Shown here: positions 47,701-57,273 of the stretch, piece after piece | How positions within the stretch are numbered: the first letter of the stretch is position 1 | Layout: every line of letters starts with the position of its first letter | DNA from: a virus | Length of the DNA stretch: 64,000 nucleotides | IMG/VR virus record: IMGVR_UViG_3300015050_000678 | Span: 26,132-90,131 of that record | Direction: 5' to 3' (one strand) | Position numbers and translations under genes: made by a program | The notes under the pieces: model-generated | Told to the model about the DNA's origin: nothing | Databases searched by the model: none | What the model saw: only the letters and a program-made list of their open reading frames with translations

Positions 47701-49459
47701 CTGATACAGTATCTAAAAACCAATCATTACTAACAGAACCTGCTACTGCTAAATTTGTAAGTAAAATATTTTCAGTACCAAACTCATAACTAATATATTT
47801 ACCAGAACCACCTAAAATAGAAGTACCAGGTTTATAATAACATTCACGAGTAGTATCAATATCTCCTGTAGAATTATAATATTGATTAATATTATCATCA
47901 GAACGAGGAGATGCTATAGCAGTAGTTAAATTTAATGTTGTTTGTACTCCATTATTTGTTACTAATATATCTTCAGTATTTGAAGTATGTGCTCTAAATG
48001 CTCTAGCATCAAATATTTCACTAATTTGTTTTTGTTTAACCAATTTAACATTACCCCAAAATAATCTATTATCTTTAGTTTCAACAGTTTTAGCATGTGT
48101 AAATCCAGAAGATAATGTTAAATATTCTTCTACAGTAATTGTATCTAGATCTGCTAAACTAGCAAGTGTAAATATATAAGGATTTGTTGTAGATATACTA
48201 TCTGGTGGTATTGAATAAATAATTGGTAAATCTGTTTTATAAGATCTATACAAAACAAAAAATTCAATAGTATCCCAAGAAGTATCTATGTTCCAAATAT
48301 TCCATCTGATACCTCTACCAGAAGAACCCATACTTACTGCTGATTCATATGACATAAACCCTGTAGCACCTGTACTACTCTCATCTCCTTGAAGATTAAC
48401 AATATTAGATGTTTGTGAAAAATTACTTATAGAACCTGTTGTTTTTTTTAATCTATAACATACTTCATAAGTACCTTGTGTTAATGAACCACTTGTAAAC
48501 GATGTTAATAATGGTATTTCAAAAGATGTAGCTGGAAATACAGATAATTGTGTAGGATCTAAAGCCATTAATTGGGGATCACTTACAAGAACTGTTCTTA
48601 TTGCATTATAAAAATCTGTCCAATATAATCTTTGAATACCTCTACTTTCATATCTTCCTAATATTGCACTTGGTGCAATAGGATGAAATTTAGTAAAATC
48701 TAATTTATTATTATAAATTAATGTTAATGTAGAGATTCTTGTAATATCATCAATTGTCAATTTCCAAATAGTACCTAAGTTACTAAATGAATCATTTGGA
48801 TGAGGATTAATTTCAGTATCATCATCTATAGCAGTTAATAAATAAATATCATCATCAATGTATCCAGAACCTATTAATATTAAATTACTAGATCCTATTA
48901 AATAAGATACTTGTGTAGTACTTCTAGTATTTGTAAAATCTACAAATGAAATTCTAGTTATTGCTGTAATAGGATTACTTAATGTTATAGAAATAACTAA
49001 TGTTACAGGTATACTTGTTACTAATGTATATACTGGTTGTTGATAAATAACTACATAATCATCTAAATAACTTACTGCAAATACAGGAGTAGTTGGTGTA
49101 CCACTTGTTGATTCAAAACAATTAGGTAATGCTTTTAATAAATTATAAATATCTAATCCAGTAGTAGCAGAATCTACATTTAATGATACTGTAGTACTAC
49201 CATTAATTGTTATAGTAATAATACCAGAATCAGTAGCTCCAACAGTTCCTGTAGGTGTTACTATTAATTTATAACAATCTTTTAGTATTGGAAAAGTAAT
49301 TGAATGTTCATTACCTTTAATATTAACCAATGATCCATTAGAACTTCCCAATGTAGTTATACCTCTAAAATTGAGAGCTTGTACATATGAATTATTGTTA
49401 TGTATTACTTTAGATATATCTGAAGACATACCTTGTGAGAATGATGATATACTTTCCAT
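44735..49459 (-). CDS. Tail stabilization/muzzle protein (P22 gp10-like)
   Basis: 1574 aa; FSQGMSSD, RLYWTD, EIYRFGIQF, YGGITSL and RLRDKW segments; gene position. Confidence 0.75.
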   Translation of the reverse strand: MESISSFSQGMSSDISKVIHNNNSYVQALNFRGITTLGSSNGSLVNIKGNEHSITFPILKDCYKLIVTPTGTVGATDSGIITITINGSTTVSLNVDSATTGLDIYNLLKALPNCFESTSGTPTTPVFAVSYLDDYVVIYQQPVYTLVTSIPVTLVISITLSNPITAITRISFVDFTNTRSTTQVSYLIGSSNLILIGSGYIDDDIYLLTAIDDDTEINPHPNDSFSNLGTIWKLTIDDITRISTLTLIYNNKLDFTKFHPIAPSAILGRYESRGIQRLYWTDFYNAIRTVLVSDPQLMALDPTQLSVFPATSFEIPLLTSFTSGSLTQGTYEVCYRLKKTTGSISNFSQTSNIVNLQGDESSTGATGFMSYESAVSMGSSGRGIRWNIWNIDTSWDTIEFFVLYRSYKTDLPIIYSIPPDSISTTNPYIFTLASLADLDTITVEEYLTLSSGFTHAKTVETKDNRLFWGNVKLVKQKQISEIFDARAFRAHTSNTEDILVTNNGVQTTLNLTTAIASPRSDDNINQYYNSTGDIDTTRECYYKPGTSILGGSGKYISYEFGTENILLTNLAVAGSVSNDWFLDTVSAGGPPYSYKTIGISGVPNPSDLILGTTDSDNQTYPINGVGTSKNPYYTSLLKGFQQEEIYRFGIQFFDLQGVPYFTEWIGDIKMPSYNDTCNNLTALEIAAGISDFRNSFFYAGTNSIYGRSLYIKFKVDVSAISNLIGGYQIVRVERTRENRTMLGYGMLTNTYKESTVDFANLGGGMYKDTAEFYPASTVLPIPNFGFPYRPWPNEDSIETLAQATTNNDGTVSDRMLTFDCFDYMLGEFTHQAGDKMLIRSKVKPINFRGPSNLSRYRTAFYDLQAYLTNSSRTNTQLYYGSPLFDGSRFVTGFDAEETPIYMLFYYDNTTYSRSNVNVNRTISKGLFCNAGSTLTAVETGFNAYNNYMNVFGPGGDGTIPGQGAATMLTTYDGANSISSSTTFGADDTNGEKLMALYYRPNPKQYGGNTYTNRSSNEYIACGSFIPLIRNNNILVNNKIVTSNVFNGDVFINNWDLQKMIKDSTGTEYRYYPNDPPSPTQTGSVLGATTSVANARMSNMFYIPCTNVNNQAVRGGSHFDKNLTSGTWYYPTAIDDYVYQNYHSNEKTTTKFIPKPVDFIVNDEWRNRIYISEVKYDNETSDSWSVYPINQFYDVEGNYGGITSLISLNQNVYFIQEKGFGMLMINPVSMVNDITSGAPIKLGSSISIIQKHFYKALDIGTRHQWSVYKSQNTIAFIDIRQKKIFTFNGETLTPISDTKGQRNFIIKRLHDNIINYDNPIIGKGLLTTYDYQNNEFLFTIKNNLNEVSNTSDENYTISFSEYLNVFVSMYSFVPNMYINNNKYLLSVVNNTSNNKKIFLHNYGTYSKFYDIIYPSTLKLIVNEQPLYTKVFDNLTMMTEAINDNIEWSDDLNIYPGSITLPSYPDDVNVKDSTFNQVRLYNEYQNTDWVPLDITKGGNIRKVEQGFNLQIPRNKFNYDVYPVSTSSIFDPSKLTKTTFGDRLRDKWVNIDLSYNNLLGLRFVVHNIKTLFRISDR

Positions 49460-49460
49460 A

Positions 49461-50162
49461 TTATCTTAAATTTCTACGTTCTGCTGATTCAATATTTCTA
49501 AATCCATTGTTATACTCTCCTTGTTTAGGAATAAGTCTAACCCAAACTCGCTTGAGGCGTTCCATTTGTGAACTATCAGGCATATTAGCTGAACCTCTAG
49601 CACTATTCACATAGAATAACCAATCTACTTTAGATTCTTGATATACTTTATCTGGAATTAAACCTTTTCTAAACTGTATTCTATCCAACATATAAGTACA
49701 ATAAGCTTTTAAAGCTTTATCAAAATATACATCATCTGGAACTAAAGGATAGCCTTCATTATCTACAGGTATACCTAAGTATACAATACATAAATCACCA
49801 GATTCTAATGATGTATTTATAAAACCATCAGATATATAAAAATTATAATCTGTACAACAAGTTGGTACAGTATTACATTCTGGACATTGATAATTATTAG
49901 CTGCAGATTTAGTAGACCAAGATAACGGTTTACCATTAAATGTTATATCTTTAGGAAATGCAAAACCACAAGGTAGTTGTACTCTATGATTAACTACTGT
50001 TAAAACAGCAGACTTTTCTTCCATTTGAGAATAAGAACCAATAAGACTTAACCCTTCAGCAATCCATTCAATAATTGAAGATTCACCTAATTCTGTATTT
50101 ATATCTAAATCTCTATATAGACCTGCTATAATTGATTTAGATGATTTAAAATTTACTATCAT
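49461..50162 (-). CDS. Tail ring/tubular protein
   Basis: IEWIAEGL, LPCG and PVDNEGYPLVPD; gene position. Confidence 0.65.
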   Translation of the reverse strand: MIVNFKSSKSIIAGLYRDLDINTELGESSIIEWIAEGLSLIGSYSQMEEKSAVLTVVNHRVQLPCGFAFPKDITFNGKPLSWSTKSAANNYQCPECNTVPTCCTDYNFYISDGFINTSLESGDLCIVYLGIPVDNEGYPLVPDDVYFDKALKAYCTYMLDRIQFRKGLIPDKVYQESKVDWLFYVNSARGSANMPDSSQMERLKRVWVRLIPKQGEYNNGFRNIESAERRNLR

Positions 50163-50650
50163 TGTTTACGGGATAATTGTGAATAATAATCAAATCCTGG
50201 AGTACTTTTAATATGTACAGGAATTGCTCTTGATGCTTCTCTACAGGGTTGAAATTTATAATACTTTTTACCTGTTAATTTTAATTTAGTTTTATCCCAC
50301 TTCCATTTATATCTAAATGGTTGATCATAATAAACTAACATTCCTTGTTTCTTAGATTCACCGTAATTTACTCTCCATCCTTTAATGTTATCTATATCAA
50401 AGTCTACATCATATTTTACAATACCTAAATAACCTAAGTTATAAGGCATTTTAAATGAACCTGCTTCAGTAACTATTTTAGATTGTAATGACTTATTAAA
50501 TGCTCTAACTACTTTATAATAGATTGCATAATCTACTGGAATTCTTTTGTTATTAAAAGAAGCTCTACAATAATCTTTATAAAAATCTTTAGTACATAAA
50601 TCTTTTTTATACTTACCTTCTGTTCTTTTAGTTACTTTGAATTCTATCAT
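50159..50650 (-). CDS. IHF/HU-like protein
   Basis: FKMPYNLGYLGI and YKFQPCR; basic; syntenic with the crAss tail-module IHF homolog. Confidence 0.6.
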   Translation of the reverse strand: MIEFKVTKRTEGKYKKDLCTKDFYKDYCRASFNNKRIPVDYAIYYKVVRAFNKSLQSKIVTEAGSFKMPYNLGYLGIVKYDVDFDIDNIKGWRVNYGESKKQGMLVYYDQPFRYKWKWDKTKLKLTGKKYYKFQPCREASRAIPVHIKSTPGFDYYSQLSRKQ

Positions 50651-51327
50651 TTTTTACCTAATTGGTTTTGAGATAATCCATCATTACTTGTGTCATGTGG
50701 CATTTGTAAGAATGGTTGTACCTTAGTTTGCATTATAATATTAGTAATATCATTGGCCATTTTTAAAGAACAAGGATACTTACTATCCCAACTAAAACAA
50801 GGTGAACTTCCACAACTAGAAAATCCAGCTAATTCTTCCGGGTTTTCAAAGATAGCAAATATATTTATATATTCCAAAAGTAAATCAGAAGTAATATAAA
50901 TATATCCATCTTTTAAATACCATTGATGTTTAGTACCTGTATACTTATTAAATCTATTATATTTAACTTCAAAAGGATTAGATTTAGATATAACATCTCC
51001 AACCGGTGTTGTTATTCTAAGTATTAAGTTATCTGAAGAAGTTTCAACTGTTGAAGGTATTTGTAATTTAGTTTTAAGTATATAACAATCAGTTGTTATA
51101 AAACAACAATCTGAAGCATCTACTAACTCTAATTCCATACAAGATAAGTCTTGTACCCAAATATCTGAAATATCTTGACGTTTAGATATAGATTGAGAAA
51201 TAAGCATTGATCTTATTTCATGAAACCAAAATGCAAATTGTTCATCACTAATTCTAAAAGAGTAATTATTCTCCCCAGAATCAGCTATATTCCTAACATC
51301 TGCAACTCCTTTTCTTAGTGTAAACAT
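50647..51327 (-). CDS. Tail ring/structural protein
   Basis: Q.L.C.ELELVD...CC, IFENPEE and YP motifs; gene position. Confidence 0.6.
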   Translation of the reverse strand: MFTLRKGVADVRNIADSGENNYSFRISDEQFAFWFHEIRSMLISQSISKRQDISDIWVQDLSCMELELVDASDCCFITTDCYILKTKLQIPSTVETSSDNLILRITTPVGDVISKSNPFEVKYNRFNKYTGTKHQWYLKDGYIYITSDLLLEYINIFAIFENPEELAGFSSCGSSPCFSWDSKYPCSLKMANDITNIIMQTKVQPFLQMPHDTSNDGLSQNQLGKK

Positions 51328-51329
51328 AA

Positions 51330-51932
51330 TTATTTCTTTTTATTTCTTGGTGTCCAACCTTTTAATCTATATTTAAATCCAATCATTGGTTGTTTGTTAA
51401 ATGGATCATAACCTAAACTATAAGTACATTTATCTATACTTAAATCAATTGTTGGTACAATGTTTTTAACACCAACAATAACTCCAGCATGTATCTCATA
51501 TTTGTAAGGTCTATAAACTAAACTATCTATTTTAACTACTGTACTATCTTTTATAATTAATGGTACTTTAAGTTTATAAGAAGGTTTAAATGAATTCAAT
51601 GTTTTACCTTGTGTTACAATTTTACTATACATTTTAATATTAGAATCTTCAATACTATCATTGTATACAAAAAATCTATTCATTTCTAAACTATCTATTG
51701 GTTTAGGTTTATATAAGTTAGTATCAATATATACAGGATAAGGTACTAGTTTATCTTTAAATGATATGATAGTATCTTTAGGAAATATAGTATCTCTATA
51801 ATTAATTATTGTAACTATTTTACCAGGAATAATTTCTTTAGAAGACCCACACTGCTTACCCAAATAGAAAATAATAGCAATGATAATTATTGCACATATT
51901 AATTCTATTTTATCTTTTAATTTATTTATCAT
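51330..51932 (-). CDS. Putative spanin-like membrane/lipoprotein
   Basis: N-terminal TM ending LGKQC; DT-rich linker; amphipathic beta-strand C-terminus. Confidence 0.45.
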   Translation of the reverse strand: MINKLKDKIELICAIIIIAIIFYLGKQCGSSKEIIPGKIVTIINYRDTIFPKDTIISFKDKLVPYPVYIDTNLYKPKPIDSLEMNRFFVYNDSIEDSNIKMYSKIVTQGKTLNSFKPSYKLKVPLIIKDSTVVKIDSLVYRPYKYEIHAGVIVGVKNIVPTIDLSIDKCTYSLGYDPFNKQPMIGFKYRLKGWTPRNKKK

Positions 51933-53740
51933 ATTCCGTAATAATTTTTAATACTTGTTTGGATAGAATACCTATCACTTAATGTAGGTGATCCAGCTTT
52001 TACAATAACATCTTGACAGTAACCAATAAAACCATAAGCAGAACTTTCTCCCATTAAATTAGTAATATTAAAATTATTTGTTGTTAATGTGTTTGTTTGA
52101 TCTAATAATCTGGTTCCATTTTTATAACTTTGAGCATCTAAAATATCTCTATACCATTCATGTAAATCTTGATGATTTAATACATAATCAGTACCTGATT
52201 GAGCATAACCTCCAGCACCACCCAAATTATGATATATAGTACCACCTACTGAATTATAAAAACCATATCCTGCTGTTCCACCAAAAAATTCCCTAGCATT
52301 AGCTGTCCAATATAAAACTGCACTTAGTGAATATTGATTACCTAAATTTATTTGATTAGTTAGTAATAATGTTTTGTCACCACTTACTGAGTAAGAACTA
52401 GGTTTACCATTAGTTAAAATCATTGTTCCTGCAATTCCAGCTTGTGGTCTATTACCTACCGTATTATACGCATGGTTATTATTTCCACTTCTGTCATATC
52501 TAATTGACCAATAGAAATCTCGTCCAGCAGCCCAAGTTTGAACTGCTGTAATATCAATATCAAATTTATTAGATCCTGTACCTCCTATAAATCCTACCTC
52601 AAAAGTATCTAAACCATTTAATGTAGCTACTTGACCACATTTAGTTCCTGTCCAAGGAGTACCATCAAAATATTCACCATTACGCATGGCTAATATTAAA
52701 GCACATCCTTTTGGTATATTATTATAATAAGTAACATCAACCTTTTCAATTTTATAAGAAACTAAAGGAGTATTATTACCACCTATAAAATGCAATGCAT
52801 TATTATAAGTTAGTGAACCTGCTGCGTGTGTATGAGGTTGTGTAGTTGGATTTCCAAATATATCTACAAGTTTAGTCCATGTAATTGCATCACTTGAATA
52901 GTATATTAATTGATGATTGCCTGACGCATTTCCACCAACTGGACTATAACCAATACTCATCCAAATTTTATTGTCAAATACATCACCACTAGGCCAAGCA
53001 CTTTTAAATTCAACAGGAAGTGTAGCTATGTTTGTCCAAGTAACTCCATCAATACTTTTATATACCGAATCATTATAATTAGCAATATTACCTGGTGCAG
53101 AAGTTGTTGTAAATATAGCACCACCAATAAAATATAAATATCCATTTAATGAATACAATTTACCTGTAGACATTGTATTTGGAAATGATGCTATTGTAGT
53201 AAAATTAATACCATCTACTGTTTTGTAAACATTAGTATTATCAATACCACTACTTCTCTCTTCACCACCAACTATATAAAATTCATTGTTATGTAAACAT
53301 CCAGCAGCAATATTCAATCCGCTTAAACCCCAATCTGCTGTCATTTGTTGCCAAGTTCCTGCACCATCACAAGCCCATACTGCAGTAATATCTACACCAT
53401 ATAATGGATCACCACCAAATATCCAAGCTTGATAACCTAACCATGAACCACAATTTAAAGCAAAGTGCATATCGTGCCAAGGAGCATCAGTTAATTGAGT
53501 AAATGTAACACCATCAACAGTTTCGTATTGCTCATTAGTGCTTGGTGTAAAATTAGCTCCACCAGCAGGATTCCAACCACCAAAAAATCTAATTTTATTA
53601 TTTACTTTTTGCATCATTGGACCATCCCTCCAAGGAGTAATAGCATTATTCTTCAACATTTTCATGTTGTAATAACCATTAATAGTTGTTCCTATCTGAT
53701 TAGCTAATGATGTAAAATACCATTGATTATTTGGAGTCAT
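51929..53740 (-). CDS. Kelch beta-propeller plus lectin-like (LamG-type) protein, probable receptor binding
   Basis: Repeated FFGG/IFGG/IVGG/FIGG Kelch motifs, SxDGxTW boxes and YDRSGNNNHA. Confidence 0.65.
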   Translation of the reverse strand: MTPNNQWYFTSLANQIGTTINGYYNMKMLKNNAITPWRDGPMMQKVNNKIRFFGGWNPAGGANFTPSTNEQYETVDGVTFTQLTDAPWHDMHFALNCGSWLGYQAWIFGGDPLYGVDITAVWACDGAGTWQQMTADWGLSGLNIAAGCLHNNEFYIVGGEERSSGIDNTNVYKTVDGINFTTIASFPNTMSTGKLYSLNGYLYFIGGAIFTTTSAPGNIANYNDSVYKSIDGVTWTNIATLPVEFKSAWPSGDVFDNKIWMSIGYSPVGGNASGNHQLIYYSSDAITWTKLVDIFGNPTTQPHTHAAGSLTYNNALHFIGGNNTPLVSYKIEKVDVTYYNNIPKGCALILAMRNGEYFDGTPWTGTKCGQVATLNGLDTFEVGFIGGTGSNKFDIDITAVQTWAAGRDFYWSIRYDRSGNNNHAYNTVGNRPQAGIAGTMILTNGKPSSYSVSGDKTLLLTNQINLGNQYSLSAVLYWTANAREFFGGTAGYGFYNSVGGTIYHNLGGAGGYAQSGTDYVLNHQDLHEWYRDILDAQSYKNGTRLLDQTNTLTTNNFNITNLMGESSAYGFIGYCQDVIVKAGSPTLSDRYSIQTSIKNYYGI

Positions 53741-53741
53741 T

Positions 53742-54146
53742 TTATGTAAAGTTTTTAGTTATATTCCAATATAAAGTTGAACCATTGTAATAAAAACTTA
53801 CAATATCAATACTTGTTGCAGCAGTAGATAATGTAAGTACACCAGCTCCACCTGTACCAACTTTTGAATTACTTGGTAATGTTAAAGTATAACTACCTAT
53901 ACCACCTTGGATAACTTCTAATGTACCATAGTCACCTTCAGATAAACCTATTAATTTTAAAGTTCTATTTGCAGTTAATGTAAGTTTAGCATTATAAGCT
54001 CTACTTACATCCCAACTAACAATAGAACCATCTATTAAAATAGTTGGTTTTTGATAAGTTATTAATTCATTAATTTTTGTAAAAAAATGTTTAGCATCAT
54101 TTATAAACGCACCTGTTACAAATATACTTTTTAATTTAGGAATCAT
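53742..54146 (-). CDS. Tail-fibre-associated domain protein
   Basis: VIQGGIGSYTLTLP...TLSTAATSIDIVSFYYNG. Confidence 0.55.
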   Translation of the reverse strand: MIPKLKSIFVTGAFINDAKHFFTKINELITYQKPTILIDGSIVSWDVSRAYNAKLTLTANRTLKLIGLSEGDYGTLEVIQGGIGSYTLTLPSNSKVGTGGAGVLTLSTAATSIDIVSFYYNGSTLYWNITKNFT

Positions 54147-54147
54147 T

Positions 54148-54336
54148 TTATTTAGTTTTAATTGTTGTTACATAACCTCCTATTGCAATAATTGCAGAAA
54201 GTACTAATTTAGGATATTCTTTTGATATATCAAAAGTTTTCCAGTCAATAGTTAACCATGCTGTAGATACAGCTACTGAAATACCCATTATTGTGGACAT
54301 ATGATCAGCCCACCACTTCTTTTTTACTGTTGTCAT
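54148..54336 (-). CDS. Putative holin
   Basis: 62 aa with two TM segments; adjacent to the lysin candidate. Confidence 0.55.
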   Translation of the reverse strand: MTTVKKKWWADHMSTIMGISVAVSTAWLTIDWKTFDISKEYPKLVLSAIIAIGGYVTTIKTK

Positions 54337-54773
54337 AATTTCTTATCTATTACTTGAATTTCAAATTCTTTATATTTACTCATTTCTGTCATAAGTCTAG
54401 CTAGAGCTTTCATAGATGTACCACCTTGTAATATATCTACACCTCTAGTTCCTACTAAAATACAGCCATGGGTATCTTTTGCAAAATTTCCAGAATGTAT
54501 AAGCACTCCAGTATAACCTTCAATACCACTTAATCTTGGTAATAATTTTTTAAATCTTGGTGACATATTAATAATTACAGGATAGGTTCCAGCAGGTATT
54601 GCTGTTTCACCATACAATTTAACTTCACCAGAATCATTTAGATCACCATCTCTATTATTATCTCTACAAACATCTTCTAATGTATCACATATGAATACGT
54701 CATTTAAATATAATTTACCAATAGTAGTTTTGTTTGTATAAGTATCTCTATTTAATTTTAAAATTGCTTTCAT
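54333..54773 (-). CDS. DUF5675-type protein (putative endolysin)
   Basis: TIGKL, CDTLE, TAIPAGTY and LIHSGN...DTHGCILVG motifs. Confidence 0.75.
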   Translation of the reverse strand: MKAILKLNRDTYTNKTTIGKLYLNDVFICDTLEDVCRDNNRDGDLNDSGEVKLYGETAIPAGTYPVIINMSPRFKKLLPRLSGIEGYTGVLIHSGNFAKDTHGCILVGTRGVDILQGGTSMKALARLMTEMSKYKEFEIQVIDKKL

Positions 54774-55039
54774 TTATCTTCTTCTATATTAGTATTATTT
54801 GGTAATATTGCAGTAGGAGGATTAAATAATAATTGTTTAGGTCTTTTTTCATCATAACCATTTTCAAGTGCTGATATTCTAACTTCTAATCCATTATTTT
54901 CATAATAAATTTTTTGTTTAATTAAAGCAATATCTGTTTTTATATCTGAGGCCCAATTAAAAGCAGTGATTATAAATCCACTTATTGTTAATATCCCTAT
55001 TACTTTAGCTATTGTTATTGTGTTTTTTTGAGGAGGCAT
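54770..55039 (-). CDS. Membrane protein with coiled coil (lysis-associated?)
   Basis: One TM segment followed by a heptad pattern. Confidence 0.5.
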   Translation of the reverse strand: MPPQKNTITIAKVIGILTISGFIITAFNWASDIKTDIALIKQKIYYENNGLEVRISALENGYDEKRPKQLLFNPPTAILPNNTNIEEDK

Positions 55040-55467
55040 TATAAGATAGTAGTATTAATTAATTTTTTATTTAAAATATTTTCAATGTTTAATTTATCAT
55101 AATCTTTTATATCAATTGTTATAATATATAACAAACATAAATTTAAACTAATAGGAATATCTGAAAGACTATAATTACCATCAGTATCAAAATTATTAAC
55201 CGATACCACTTTACCAAGAGAGGTAAGTGGAGAATATCCTGAAGGTTTCCCTTTATCAAGAGTTTCAATAATTGCATTACCATCTTCCCAAAATTGATCC
55301 AATAAGATTGTTGAATTAATTGGTTTTTGGATTTTTCCTGTTGTACTATTGATGGTCTGGAAATATAAAATTTCATAATTATTATTTTCTATTGCTATAT
55401 TATCTGTAACTATATTTCTGTTTAAAACAGTAAATATTTTTCTTTTTTGAAACATAACATTAATCAA
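55039..55467 (-). CDS. Hypothetical protein
   Basis: 142-aa coupled ORF. Confidence 0.6.
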   Translation of the reverse strand: MINVMFQKRKIFTVLNRNIVTDNIAIENNNYEILYFQTINSTTGKIQKPINSTILLDQFWEDGNAIIETLDKGKPSGYSPLTSLGKVVSVNNFDTDGNYSLSDIPISLNLCLLYIITIDIKDYDKLNIENILNKKLINTTIL

Positions 55468-55801
55468 ATTTTTTATTTAAGTACGCTTTCATTATAATAT
55501 AAGCACAATAAGAATCAAAACTATTTATTTGTTTTTCTTTCATTGCATTAGTATCATTTAATAAACCTTTCCAATAATCATATTCACCAATTCCTTCTAA
55601 ACTATTAGAATTATCCAAAGTTACTAAAATAATATCTTTTGTCAAAATATTTGTTGCAATAAATTCATTAGTATCTTTATTGTAATAATTTAAATTACAA
55701 TCTAATAATATTGTTTTATTAAGTTTATTATCAACAAACTTAATAAACTCTATTTCTCTTTTAAGTCCTGATTTAGGACAAATATCTGTAACTACTATCA
55801 T
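55460..55801 (-). CDS. Hypothetical protein (possible fibre chaperone)
   Basis: Follows a fibre-like gene; IGEYDYW motif. Confidence 0.5.
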   Translation of the reverse strand: MIVVTDICPKSGLKREIEFIKFVDNKLNKTILLDCNLNYYNKDTNEFIATNILTKDIILVTLDNSNSLEGIGEYDYWKGLLNDTNAMKEKQINSFDSYCAYIIMKAYLNKKFD

Positions 55802-57273
55802 TATTCATGGTATGCGTTAGGTGATATTACAAATTGTAATACTTGAGATGCTGTTGCTGCTCCAGATAATATCTTACCCATTACACCTATAAATTCTCCT
55901 GGATTAACAATGATAGGAGCTTCAAAATCAAATTGACAAGAAGTACCTTGTTGTCCCACTACAGCATTAATTGGTAAACTAATAACACCTATTGGTTGTG
56001 GTCTTCTAATTTTAGTTGTACCAGTAGCAAATGAAGCTGATTCTGTAGCAGCTAGAGATACTGATGTAGAACCCCAAGCTACAGCCAAAGCTAATGTTGT
56101 TGGAACTGTTGCTGAATTTGCAGCACCAGCATTTACTATATCAACTTGAATACCTCTTAAATGCATTACTCTACCTGTTTGATTTACACCACCTAAAGGA
56201 TTTTGATAACTAGCAATAACTACATCTGTAGCAGAAGTAGCAGCAGCATTCATTTGAAATATACCTCCTAAAAAAGCACCTAATGCAGCAGTAGTATTTG
56301 TTGCAGCAGCAGCAGTAGGTAATGCAGTATTAGCCCATTGTACTTGTGGAACACCATTTGTATAAGTACCACCATCTAACGCTTGTAAACCTAAACCAGA
56401 TCTTGCTAATTGACCACCCCATGATTTATTAGTAGCGATATCCATTAATGTTACTGTAACATCACCAATTTTTACAATCATATTTGGTGACGAACCTATG
56501 ATACCATTATTATATTTTTGTATAAACAATGGTAATGATGTAGATAAAAATGCTTGTCCTTGACCTGCTGGTATAACTTGTTCACCATATAATACATCAT
56601 CAATCCAATATTCAATTTCTCTTTCACCTATAACTATCGTATACTTTGAAGTTGCATTCAATGTTAATTCTGAAACTGTCGCTATTAATGTTATTTTATT
56701 AGTAACTCCAGAATTGTATCTTATACAACCCATTAATCCACCAGAAGTTAATTCAAACCAAACTCCATCTATTGGTTCAGCTGCTCCAGTAGCTACACCT
56801 AGTCCTGCTAAGAATACTTCATTAACTGTTGGTAACATTGTGAAAGTTCCAGCAAGCTCTACACAAACAGGTGCTGTCCCTATTAAAGGAAAATAACCCC
56901 AAGTTTGTAAATAAGCATAATTACCAGATACAGTAGATGTACCAGCAGCATTTACATTTAAAAAACCTGCTGACTGAGTCATAGTCATTGTAGTAAATGC
57001 ATGTTTCCACAAACCTGTATTTTGAGTACTTGAATTAAATGTATGACTAAGTAATACCGTGTCCATACCAACCCTCTGTCTAAAATCTTGAGATGTTTCT
57101 GATGATTTTAAATATGCTACACCAGTTTTAGTCCCTGGATCATTTTCTGCAAATGTTCTAACCGCACCTACATTTGTAGGATTTGTTGCTACATTAGTTT
57201 CTAACACTACTTTAGCAGCATTGTTAATATTTACTTCTTGTTCATAAACGGAACCTTTAATTCTTAAACTCAT
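55801..57273 (-). CDS. Putative tail fibre/spike protein
   Basis: 490 aa, Ala/Thr/Gly-rich, with a lectin-like central region. Confidence 0.55.
   Translation of the reverse strand: MSLRIKGSVYEQEVNINNAAKVVLETNVATNPTNVGAVRTFAENDPGTKTGVAYLKSSETSQDFRQRVGMDTVLLSHTFNSSTQNTGLWKHAFTTMTMTQSAGFLNVNAAGTSTVSGNYAYLQTWGYFPLIGTAPVCVELAGTFTMLPTVNEVFLAGLGVATGAAEPIDGVWFELTSGGLMGCIRYNSGVTNKITLIATVSELTLNATSKYTIVIGEREIEYWIDDVLYGEQVIPAGQGQAFLSTSLPLFIQKYNNGIIGSSPNMIVKIGDVTVTLMDIATNKSWGGQLARSGLGLQALDGGTYTNGVPQVQWANTALPTAAAATNTTAALGAFLGGIFQMNAAATSATDVVIASYQNPLGGVNQTGRVMHLRGIQVDIVNAGAANSATVPTTLALAVAWGSTSVSLAATESASFATGTTKIRRPQPIGVISLPINAVVGQQGTSCQFDFEAPIIVNPGEFIGVMGKILSGAATASQVLQFVISPNAYHE

Noticed and set aside
236-56896. 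Short ORFs antisense to or nested in longer genes (236..433, 6740..7027, 10209..10424, 13467..13700, 16596..16781, 22632..22820, 26405..26638, 41425..41613, 43490..43690, 43956..44489, 50690..50899, 53495..53707, 55143..55376, 56714..56896)
   Set aside because: They overlap well-supported genes, show no motifs, and mostly oppose the strand of their module; likely shadow ORFs.
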